From contig OZ024742.1 of assembly GCA_964016885.1 (NCBI GenBank), positions 166,036,001 to 166,100,000 of the forward strand: a DNA stretch of 64,000 nucleotides. Reading direction: 5' to 3'. A program made the position numbers and the translations under genes. The number at the start of each line of letters is the position of its first letter. Position 1 is the stretch's first letter. The notes beneath the pieces were generated by a model. That model searched no databases. It was not told the DNA's origin and saw only the letters and a program-made list of their open reading frames with translations. This stretch comes from Eledone cirrhosa. Taxonomy: Eukaryota. Positions 1 through 10,779 of the stretch are shown here, piece by piece.

Positions 1-176
1 GAGAGGTAATTTCTAGCCGTCCAAGGGGAGATAAATTCCAGCCTCCAAGGGGAGATAATTTCCAGCCAGCCAAGGGGAGATAATTTGTAAAAAAATCAGG
101 GGGAGATAATTTGTAAAAAAAAATCAGGGGGAGATAATTTCCAGCCGTCCAAGGGGAGATAATTTTCAGCCGTCCA

Positions 177-312
177 AGGGTAGATAATATCCAGCCGTCC
201 AAGTAGACATTTTCCAGCCGTCCAAGGAGAGGTAATTTCTAGCCGTCCAAGGGGAGATAAATTCCAGCCTCCAAGGGGAGATAATTTCCAGCCAGCCAAG
301 GGGAGATAATTT
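177..312 (+). repeat. Cassette 1: fixed order of variant A monomers (GGGTAGATAATAT - AAG(T/G)AGACA(TA)TTTT - GGAGAGGTAATTTCTAG - GATAAATTCCAGCCTCC - CCAGCCAGCC) ending an A run
   Basis: The same order recurs at ~1195, 1690, 3100, 3595 (truncated), 4385 (partial), 5448, 6347, 7655, 8866, 10170, 10800, 11296 (truncated), 12048, 13118, 13990 and onward to ~63626. Confidence 0.93.
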
Positions 313-475
313 GTAAAAAAATCAGAGGGAGATAATTTGTAAAAAAAATCAGGGGGAGATAATTTGTAAAAAAAAATCAGGGGGAGATAATTTGTAAAAA
401 AAAATCAGGGGGAGATAATTTGTAAAAAAAAATCAGGGGGAGATAATTTGTAAAAAAAATCAAGGAGAGATAATT

Positions 476-625
476 TCCAGCCGTCCAAGGGGAGATAATT
501 TTCAGCCGTCCAAGGGGAGATAATTTCCAGCCGTCCAAGGGGAGATAATTTCCATCCTTCCAAGGGGAGATAATTTCCAGCCGTCCAAGGGGAGATAATT
601 TTCAGCCGTCCAAGGGGAGATAATT
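476..625 (+). repeat. Example run of monomer A (25 bp, CCAGCCGTCCAAGGGGAGATAATTT)
   Basis: Consecutive 25-bp units with point variants (TCAGCCGTC, CCATCCTTC). Runs of about 1-11 A units occur throughout the window. Confidence 0.97.
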
Positions 626-680
626 TCCCGCCAGCCAAGGGAAGATAATATTTTAAAAAATCAGGCGGAGATAATTTGTA
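550..680 (+). repeat. Cassette 3: (CCATCCTTCC) ... CCCGCCAGCCAAGGGAAGATAATATTT(T)AAAAAAT(C/G)AGGCGGAGAT, an A-to-B junction
   Basis: Recurs at ~975, 2700, 3890, 4775, 7922, 8158, 9188, 11512, 12445 and onward. Confidence 0.9.
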
Positions 681-3235
681 AAAAAAATCAGGGGGAGATA
701 ATTTGTAAAAAAATCAGGGGGAGATAATTTGTAAAAAAAAAATCAGGGGAAGATAATTTGTAAAAAAAATCAGGGGGAGATAATTTGTAAAAAAAAATCA
801 GGGGTAGATAATTTGTAAAAAAAAATCAGGGGGAGATAATTTGTAAAAAAAAATCAGGGGGAGATAATTTGTAAAAAAAATCAGGGGGAGATAATTTGTA
901 AAAAAAAATCAGGGGGAGATAATTTCCGGCCGTCCAAGGGGAGATAATTTTCAGCCGTCCAAGGGGAGATAATTTCCCGCCAGCCAAGGGAATATAATAT
1001 TTAAAAAAATCAGGCGGAGATAATTTGTAAAAAAAATCAGGGGGAGATAATTTGTAAAAAAATCAGGGGGAGATAATTTGTAAAAAAAATCAAGGGGAGA
1101 TAATTTCCAGCCGTCCAAGGGGAGGTAATATCTAACCGTCCAAGGGGAGATAATTTCCAGCCGTCCAAGAGGAGATAATTTCCAGCCGTCCAAGGGTAGA
1201 TAATATCCAGCCGTCCAAGGAGACATATTTTCCAGCCGTCCAAGGAGAGGTAATTTCTAGCCGTCCAAGGGGAGATAAATTCCAGCCTCCAAGGGGAGAT
1301 AATTTCCAGCCAGCCAAGGGGAGATAATTTGTAAAAAAAATCAGGGGGAGATAATTTGTAAAAAAAATCAGGGGGAGATAATTTGTAAAAAAATCAGGGG
1401 GAGATAATTTGTAAAAAAAAAATCAGGGGGAGATAATTTGTAAAAAAAATCAGGGGGAGATGATTTGTAAAAAAAAATCAGGGGTAGATAATTTGTAAAA
1501 AAAAATCAGGGGGAGATAATTTGTAAAAAAAAATCAGGGGGAGATAATTTGTAAAAAAAATCAAGGGGAGATAATTTCCAGCCGTCGAAGGGAAGATAAT
1601 TTCCAGCCCTCCAAGGGGCTATAATTTCCAGCGTCCAAGGGGAGATAATTTCCAGCCGTCCAAGGGGAGATAATTTCCAGCCGTCCAAGGGTAGATAATA
1701 TCCAGCCGTCCAAGTAGACATTTTCCAGCCGTCCAAGGAGAGGTAATTTCTAGCCGTCCAAGGGGAGATAAATTCCAGCCTCCAAGGGGAGATAATTTCC
1801 AGCCAGCCAAGGGGAGATAATTTGTAAAAAAATCAGGGGGAGATAATTTGTAAAAAAAATCAGGGGGAGATAATTTGTAAAAAAAATCAGGGGGAGATAA
1901 TTTGTAAAAAAAAATCAGGGGGAGATAATTTGTAAAAAAAAATCAGGGGGAGATAATTTGTAAAAAAAATCAGGGGGAGATAATTTGTAAAAAAAATCAA
2001 GGGGAGATAATTTCCAGCCGTCCAAGGGGAGATAATTTTCAGCCGTCCAAGGGGAGATAATTTCCAGCCGTCCAAGGGGAGATAATTTCCATCCTTCCAA
2101 GGGGAGATAATTTCCAGCCGTCCAAGGGGAGATAATTTCCAGCCCTCCAAGGACAGATAATTTTTAAAAAAAATCAGGCGGAGATAATTTGTAAAAAAAA
2201 TCAAGGGGAGATAATTTGTAAAAAAAAATCAAGGGGAGATAATTTCCAGCCGTCCAAGGGAAGATAATTTCCAGCACTCCAAGGGGCTATAATTTCCAGT
2301 GTCCAAGGGGAGATAATTTCCAGCCAGCGAAGGGGAGATAATTTTTTTAAAAAAATCAGGGGGAGATATGTAAAAAAAATCAGAGGGAGATAATTTCTAA
2401 AAAAAATCAAAGGGAGATAATTTCCAGCCGTCCAAAGAGAGATAATTTCTTGCCGTCCAAGGGGAGATAATTTCCAGCCAAGGGGAGATAATTTCCAGCC
2501 GTCCAAGGGGAGATAATTATTTAAAAAATCAGGTGGAGATAATTTGTAAAAAAAAAATCAAGGTCAGATAATTTCCAGCTGTCCAAGGGGAGATAATTTC
2601 CAGCCGTGCAAGGGGATATAATTTCCAGCCGTCCAAGGGGAGATAATTTCCATCCTTCCAAGGGGAGATAATGTCCAGCCGTCCAAGGGGAGATAATTTC
2701 CCGCCAGCCAAGGGAAGATAATTTTTAAAAAAATCAGGCGGAGATTGTAAAAAAAATCAGGGGGAGATAATTTGTAAAAAAAAAATCAGGGGGAGATAAT
2801 TTGTAAAAAAAATCAGGGGTAGATAATTTGTAAAAAAAAATCAGGGGGAGATAATTTGTAAAAAAAAATCAGGGGGAGATAATTTCTAAAAAAATCAAGG
2901 GGAGATAATATGCAGCCGTCCAAGGGGAGATAATTTTCAGCCGTCCAAGGAGAGGTAATTTCTAGCCGTCCAAGGGGAGATAATTTCCAGCCGTCCAAGG
3001 GGAGATAATTTCCAGCCGTCCAAGGGGAGGTAATATCTAGCCGTCCAAGGGGAGATAATTTCCAGCCGTCCAAGGGGAGATAATTTCCAGCCGTCCAAGG
3101 GTAGATAATATCCAGCCGTCCAAGTAGATATATTTTCCAGCCGTCCAAGGAGAGGTAATTTCTAGCCGTCCAAGGGGAGATAAATTCCAGCCTCCAAGGG
3201 GAGATAATTTCCAGCCAGCCAAGGGGAGATAATTT

Positions 3236-3481
3236 GTAAAAAAATCAGGGGGAGATAATTTGTAAAAAAAATCAGGGGGAGATAATTTGTAAAAAAAATC
3301 AGGGGGAGATAATTTGTAAAAAAAAATCAGGGGGAGATAATTTGTAAAAAAAATCAGGGGGAGATAATTTGTAAAAAAAAATCAGGGGGAGATAATTTGT
3401 AAAAAAAAATCAGGGGGAGATAATTTGTAAAAAAAAATCAGGGGGAGATAATTTGTAAAAAAAATCAAGGGGAGATAATTT
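3236..3481 (+). repeat. Example run of monomer B (GT-A7..10-TCAGGGGGAGATAATTT, 26-29 bp)
   Basis: Nine consecutive B units that differ mainly in poly-A length. The last unit before the A run reads TCAAGGGG instead of TCAGGGGG. Confidence 0.97.
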
Positions 3482-4159
3482 CCAGCCGTCCAAGGGGAGA
3501 TAATTTCCAGCCGTCCAAGGGGAGGTAATATCTAGCCGTCCAAGGGGAGATAATTTCCAGCCGTCCAAGAGGAGATAATTTCCAGCCGTCCAAGGGTAGA
3601 TAATATCCAGCCGTCCAAGGAGACATATTTTCCAGCCGTCCAAGGAGAGGTAATTTCTAGCCGTCCAAGGGGAGATAAATTCCAGCCTCCAAGGGGAGAT
3701 AATTTGTAAAAAAAATCAGGGGGAGATAATTTGTAAAAAAAATCAGGGGGAGATAATTTGTAAAAAAAAATCAGGGGGAGATAATTTGTAAAAAAAATCA
3801 GGGGGAGATAATTTGTAAAAACAAATCAAGGGGAGATAATTTCCAGCCGTCCAAGGGGAGATAATTTTCAGCCGCCCAAGGGGAGATAATATCCCGCCAG
3901 CCAAGGGAAGATAATATTTAAAAAATCAGGCGGAGATAATTTGTAAAAAAAATCAGGGGGAGATAATTTGTAAAAAAATCAGGGGGAGATAATTTGTAAA
4001 AAAAAAATCAGGGGGAGATAATTTGTAAAAAAAATCAGGGGGAGATGATTTGTAAAAAAAATCAGGGGTAGATAATTTGTAAAAAAAAAATCAGGGGGAG
4101 ATAATTTGTAAAAAAAAATCAGGGGGAGATAATTTGTAAGAAAAATCAAGAGGAGATAA

Positions 4160-4286
4160 TTTCCAGCCGTCGAAGGGAAGATAATTTCCAGCCCTCCAAG
4201 GGGCTATAATTTCCAGCGTCCAAGGGGAGATAATTTCCAGCCAGCGAAGGGGAGATAATTTTTTTAAAAAAATCATTGTGAGATTT
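4160..4286 (+). repeat. Cassette 2: GGGAAGATAAT - CCAGCCCTCCAAGGGGCTATAAT - CCAG(C/T)GTCC - CCAGCCAGCGAAGGGG - T-run/A-run junction unit
   Basis: Recurs at ~2255, 5915, 6090, 7285, 8438, 9915, 11790 and in all larger-scale copies. Confidence 0.9.
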
Positions 4287-7200
4287 GTAAAAAAAATCAG
4301 GGGGAGATAATTTGTAAAAAAAATCAAGGGGAGATAATTTCCAGCCGTCCAAGGGGAGGTAATATCTAGCCGTCCAAGGGGAGATAATATCCAGCCGTCC
4401 AAGTAGACATTTTCCAGCCGTCCAAGGAGAGGTAATTTCTAGCCGTCCAAGGGGAGATAAATTCCAGCCTCCAAGGGGAGATAATTTCCAGCCAGCCAAG
4501 GGGAGATAATTTGTAAAAAAATCAGGGGGAGATAATTTGTAAAAAAAAATCAGGGGGAGATAATTTGTAAAAAAAAATCAGGGGGAGATAATTTGTAAAA
4601 AAAAATCAGGGGGAGATAATTTGTAAAAAAAATCAAGGGGAGATAATTTCCAGCCGTCCAAGGGGAGATAATTTCCAGCCGTGCAAGGGGAGATAATTTC
4701 CAGCCGTCCAAGGGGAGATAATTTCCATCCTTCCAAGGGGAGATAATCTCCAGCCGTCCAAGGGGAGATAATTTCCCGCCAGCCAAGGGAAGATAATTTT
4801 TAAAAAAATCAGGCGGAGATTGTAAAAAAAATCAGGGGGAGATAATTTGTAAAAAAATCAGGGGGAGATAATTTGTAAAAAAAAAATCAGGGGAGATAAT
4901 TTGTAAAAAAAAATCAGGGGGAGATAATTTGTAAAAAAAAAATCAGGGGGAGATAATTTGTAAAAAAAATCAGGGGTAGATAATTTGTAAAAAAAAATCA
5001 GGGGGAGATAATTTGTAAAAAAAAATCAGTGGGAGATAATTTGTAAAAAAATCAAGGGGAGATAATATGCAGCCGTCCAAGGGGAGATAATTTTCAGCCG
5101 TCCAAGGAGAGTTAATTTCTAGCCGTCCAAGGGGAGATAATTTCCAGCCGTCCAAGGGGAGATAATTTCCAGCCGTCCAAGGGGAGATAGTTTTTTTAAA
5201 AAATCAGGCGGAGATAATTTGTAAAAAAAAAATCAGGGGGAGATAATTTGTAAAAAAAAATCAGGGGGAGATAATTTGTAAAAAAAAAATCAAGGGGAGA
5301 TAATTTGTAAAAAAAATCAGGGGGAGATAATTAGTAAAAAAATCAAGGGGAGATAATTTCCAGCCGTCCAAGGGGAGGTAATATCTAGCCGTCCAAGGGG
5401 AGATAATTTCCAGCCGTCCAAGGGGAGATAATTTCCAGCCGTCCAAGGGTAGATAATATCCAGCCGTCCAAGTAGACATATTATCCAGCCGTCCAAGGAG
5501 AGGTAATTTCTAGCCGTCCAAGGGGAGATAAATTCCAGCCTCCAAGGGGAGATAATTTCCAGCCAGCCAAGGGGAGATAATTTGTAAAAAAAATCAGGGG
5601 GAGATAATTTGTAAAAAAAATCAGGGGGAGATAATTTGTAAAAAAAAATCAGGGGGAGATAATTTGTAAAAAAAATCAGGGGGAGATAATTTGTAAAAAA
5701 AAATCAGGGGGAGATAATTTGTAAAAAAAAATCAGGGGGAGATAATTTGTAACAAAAAATCAGGGGGAGATAATTTGTAAAAAAAATCAAGGGGAGATAA
5801 TTTCCAGCCGTCCAAGGGGAGATAATTTCCAGCCGTCCAAGGGGAGGTAATATCTAGCCGTCCAAGGGGAGATAATTTCCAGCCGTCCAAGAGGAGATAA
5901 TTTCCAGCCGTCCAAGGGAAGATAATTTCAAGCCCTCCAAGGGGCTATAATTTCCAGTGTCCAAGGGGAGATAATTTCCAGCCAGCGAAGGGGAGATAAT
6001 TTTTTTTTAAAAATCAGGGGGAGATTTGTAAAAAAAATCAGGGGGAGATAATTTGTAAAAAAAATCAAGGGGAGATAATTTCCAGCCGTCGAAGGGAAGA
6101 TAATTTCCAGCCCTCCAAGGGGCTATAATTTCCAGCGTCCAAGGGGAGATAATTTCCAGCCAGCGAAGGGGAGATAATTTTTTTAAAAAAATCATTGGGA
6201 GATTTGTAAAAAAAATCAGGGAGAGATAATTTGTAAAAAAAATCAAGGGGAGATAATTTCCAGCCGTCCAAGGGGAGGTAATATCTAGCCGTCCAAGGGG
6301 AGATAATTTCCAGCCGTCCAAGGGGAGATAATTTCCAGCCGTCCAAGGGTAGATAATATCCAGCCGTCCAAGTAGACATTTTCCAGCCGTCCAAGGAGAG
6401 GTAATTTCTAGCCGTCCAAGGGGAGATAAATTCCAGCCTCCAAGGGGAGATAATTTCCAGCCAGCCAAGGGGAGATAATTTGTAAAAAAATCAGGGGGAG
6501 ATAATTTGTAAAAAAAATCAGGGGGAGATAATTTGTAAAAAAAAATCAGGGGGAGATAATTTGTAAAAAAAAATCAGGGGGAGATAATTTGTAAAAAAAA
6601 ATCAGGGGGAGATAATTTGTAAAAAAAATCAAGGGGAGATAATTTCCAGCCGTCCAAGGGGAGATAATTTTCAGCCGTCCAAGGGGAGATAATTTCCAGC
6701 CGTCCAAGGGGAGATAATTTCCATCCTTCCAAGGGGAGATAATTTCCAGCCAACCAAGGGAAGATAATTTTTAAAAAAATCAGGCGGAGATTGTAAAAAA
6801 AATCAGGGGGAGATAATTTGTAAAAAAATCAGGGGGAGATAATTTGTAAAAAAAAAATCAGGGGGAGATAATTTGTAAAAAAAATCAGGGGGAGATAATT
6901 TGTAAAAAAAAATCAAGGGGAGATAATTTGTACAAAAAATCAGGGGTATATAATTTGTAAAAAAAAATCAGGGGGAGATAATTTGTAAAAAAAAATCAGG
7001 GGGAGATAATTTGTAAAAAAAATCAAGGGGAGATAATTTGCAGCCGTCCAAGGGGAGATAATTTTCAGCCGTCCAAGGAGAGGTAATTTCTAGCCGTCCA
7101 AGGTGAGATAATATCCAGCCGTCCAAGGGGAGATAATTTCCAGCCGTCCAAGGGGAGATAATTTAAAAAAAAAAACAGGCGAAGATAATTTGTAAAAAAA

Positions 7201-10200
7201 AATCAGGGGGAGATAATTTGTAAAAAAAATCAGGGGGAGGTAATTTGTAAAAAAAATCAAGGGGAGATAATTTCCAGCCGTCCAAGGGAAGATAATTTCC
7301 AGCCCTCCAAGGGGCTATAATTTCCAGCGTCCAAGGGGAGATAATTTCCAGCCACCGAAGGGGAGATAATTTTTTTTTTTTTAAATCAGGGGGACATAAT
7401 TTGTAAAAAAAAATCAGGGGGAGATAATTTGTAAAAAAAATCTAGGGGAGATAATTTGTAAAAAAAAATCAGGGTGAGATAATTTGTAAAAAAAAATCAG
7501 GGGGAGATAATTTGTAAAAAAAATTAAGGGGAGATAATTTGTAAAAAAAATCAAGGGGAGATAATTTCCAGCCGTCCAAGGAGAGGTAATTTCTAGACGT
7601 CCAAGGGGAGATAATTTCCAGCCGTCCAAGGGGAGATAATTTCCAGCCGTCCAAGGGTAGATAATATCCAGCCGTCCAAGGAGGCATATTTTCCAGCTTT
7701 CCAAGGAGAGGTAATTTCTAGCCGTCCAAGGGGAGATAAATTCCAGCCTCCAAGGGGAGATAATTTCCAGCCAGCCAAGGGGAGATAATTTGTAAAAAAA
7801 ATCAGGGGGAGATAATTTGTAAAAAAAATCAGGGGGAGATAATTTGTAAAAAAAATCAGGGGGAGATAATTTCCAGCCGTCCAAGGGGAGATAATTTTCA
7901 GCCGTCCAAGGGGAGATAATTTCCCGCCAGCCAAGGGAAGATAATATTTAAAAAATGAGGCGGAGATAATTTGTAAAAAAATCAGGTGGAGATAATTTGT
8001 AAAAAAATCAGGGGGAGATAATTTGTAAAAAAAAAATCAGGGGGAGATAATTTGTAAAAAAAATCAGGGGGAGATAATTTGTAAAAAAAATCAGGGGGAG
8101 ATAATTTCCAGCCGTCCAAGGGGAGATAATTTTCAGCCGTCCAAGGGGAGATAATTTCCCGCCAGCCAAGGGAAGATAATATTTAAAAAATGAGGCGGAG
8201 ATAATTTGTAAAAAAAATCAGGTGGAGATAATTTGTAAAAAAATCAGGGGGAGATAATTTGTAAAAAAAAAATCAGGGGGAGATAATTTGTAAAAAAAAT
8301 CAGGGGGAGATAATTTGTAAAAAAAAATCAGGTGTAGATAATTTGTAAAAAAAAATCAGGGGGAGATAATTTGTAAAAAAAATCAGGGGGAGATAATTTA
8401 TAAAAAAAATCAAGGGGAGATAATTTCCAGCCGTCCAAGGGAAGATAATTTCAAGCCCTCCAAGGGGCTATAATTTCCAGTGTCCAAGGGGAGATAATTT
8501 CCAGCCAGCGAAGGGGAGATAATTTTTTTTTAAAAATCAGGGGGAGATTTGTAAAAAAAATCAGGGGGAGATAATTTGTAAAAAAAATCAAAGGGAGATA
8601 ATTTCCAGCCGTCCAAAGAGATAATTTCTAGCCGTCCAAGGGGAGATAATTTCGAGCCAGCCAAGGGAAGATAATTTTTTAAAAAATCAGGCGGAGATTG
8701 TAAAAAAAATCAGGGGGAGATAATTTGTAAAAAAATCAGGGGGAGATAATTTGTAAAAAAATCAAGGGGAGATAATTTCCAGCTGTCCAAGGGGAGGTAA
8801 TATCTAGCCGTCCAAGGGGAGATAATTTCCAGCCGTCCAAGGGGAGATAATTTCCAGCCGTCCAAGGGTAGATAATATCCAGCCGTCCAAGGAGACATAT
8901 TTTCCAGCCGTCCAAGGAGAGGTAATTTCTAGCCGTCCAAGTGGAGATAAATTCCAGCCTCCAAGGGGAGATAATTTCCAGCCAGCCAAGGGGAGATAAT
9001 TTGTAAAAAAATCAGGGGGAGATAATTTGTAAAAAAAATCAGGGGGAGATAATTTGTAAAAAAAAATCAGGGGGAGATAATTTGTAAAAAAAGTCAGGGG
9101 GAGATAATTTGTAAAAAAAATCAAGGGGAGATAATTTCCAACCGTCCAAGGGGAGATAATTTTCAGCCGTCCAAGGGGAGATAATTTCCCGCCAGCCAAG
9201 GGAAGATAATATTTAAAAAATGAGGCGGAGATAATTTGTAAAAAAAAATCAGGGGTAGATAATTTGTAAAAAAAATCAGGGGGAGATAATTTGTAAAAAA
9301 AATCAAGGGGAGATAATTTCCAGCCGTCCAAGGAGAGATAATTTTAAAAAAAAATCAGGCGGGGATAATTTGTAAAAAAAAATCAGGGGGAGATAATTTG
9401 TAAAAAAAAATCAGGGGGAGATAATTTGTAAAAAAAATCAAGGGGAGATAATTTCCAGCCGTCCAAGGGGAGATAATTTTCAGCCGTCCAAGGGGAGATA
9501 ATTTCCAGCCGTCCAAGGGGAGATAATTTTAAAAAAAAATCAGGCGGAGATAATTTGTAAAAAAAAATCAGGGGGAGATAATTTGTAAAAAAAAATCAGG
9601 GGGAGATAATTTGTAAAAAAAATCAAGGGGAGATAATTTGCAACCGTCCAAGGGGACATAATTTTCAGTCGTCCAAGGAGAGGTAATTTCTAGCCGTACA
9701 AGGGGAGATAATTTCCAGCCGTCCAAGGGGAGATAATTTCCAGCCGTCCAAGGGGAGATAATTTTTTTTAAAAAATCAGGCGGAGATAATTTGTAAAAAA
9801 AAATCAGGGGGAGATAATTTGTAAAAAAAAATCAGGGGGAGATAATTTGTAAAAAAAAATCAGGGGGAGATAATTTGTAAAAAAAATCAAGGGGAGATAA
9901 TTTCCAGCCGTCCAAGGGAAGATAATTTCCAGCCCTCCAAGGGGCTATAATTTCCAGCGTCCAAGGGGAGATAATTTCCAGCCAGCGAAGGGGAGATAAT
10001 TGTTTTAAAAAAATCATTGGGAGATTTGTAAAAAAAATCAGGGGGAGATAATTAATAAAAAAAATCAAGGGGAGATAATTTCCAGCCGTCCAAGGGGAGG
10101 TAATATCTAGCCGTCCAAGGGGAGATAATTTCCAGCCGTCCAAGGGGAGATAATTTCCAGCCGTCCAAGGGTAGATAATATCCAGCCGTCCAAGGAGACA

Positions 10201-10779
10201 TATTTTCCAGCCGTCCAAGGAGAGGTAATTTCTAGCCGTCCAAGGGGAGATAAATTCCAGCCTCCAAGGGGAGATAATTTCCAGCCAGCCAAGGGGAGAT
10301 AATTTGTAAAAAAATCAGGGGGAGATAATTTGTAAAAAAAATCAGGGGTAGATAATTTGTAAAAAAAAATCAGGGGGAGATAATTTGTAAAAAAAAATCA
10401 GGGGGAGATAATTTGTAAAAAAAATCAAGGGGAGATAATTTCCAGCCGTCCAAGGAGAGATAATTTTAAAAAAAAATCAGGCGGAGATAATTTGTAAAAA
10501 AAAATCAGGGGGAGATAATTTGTAAAAAAAAATCAGGGGGAGATAATTTGTAAAAAAAATCAAGGGGAGATAATTTCCAGCCGTCCAAGGGGAGATAATT
10601 TCCAGCCGTCCAAGGGGAGATAATTTTTTTAAAAAAATCAGGCGGAGATAATTTGTAAAAAAAATCAGGGGGAGATAATTTCTAAAAAAAAATCAGGGGG
10701 AGATAATTTGTAAAAAAAAATCAGGGGGAGATAATTTCCAGCCGTCCAAGGTAAGATAATTTCCAGCCGTCCAAGGGGA

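Larger units (their letters stand above)
1..3100 (+). repeat. Higher-order module X (5'-truncated copy)
   Basis: The same series of ORF translations appears at offsets +18,532/+18,505/+18,777 (copy at 18.4-21.9 kb) and +56,768 (copy at 56.7-60.1 kb). This copy lacks ~270 bp near 2150. Confidence 0.8.

Noticed and set aside
1615-1630. TATAAT (-10 box-like) in GGGGCTATAATTT and GGAG Shine-Dalgarno-like motifs
   Set aside because: These are simple variants of the repeat core, with no -35 element or downstream gene.
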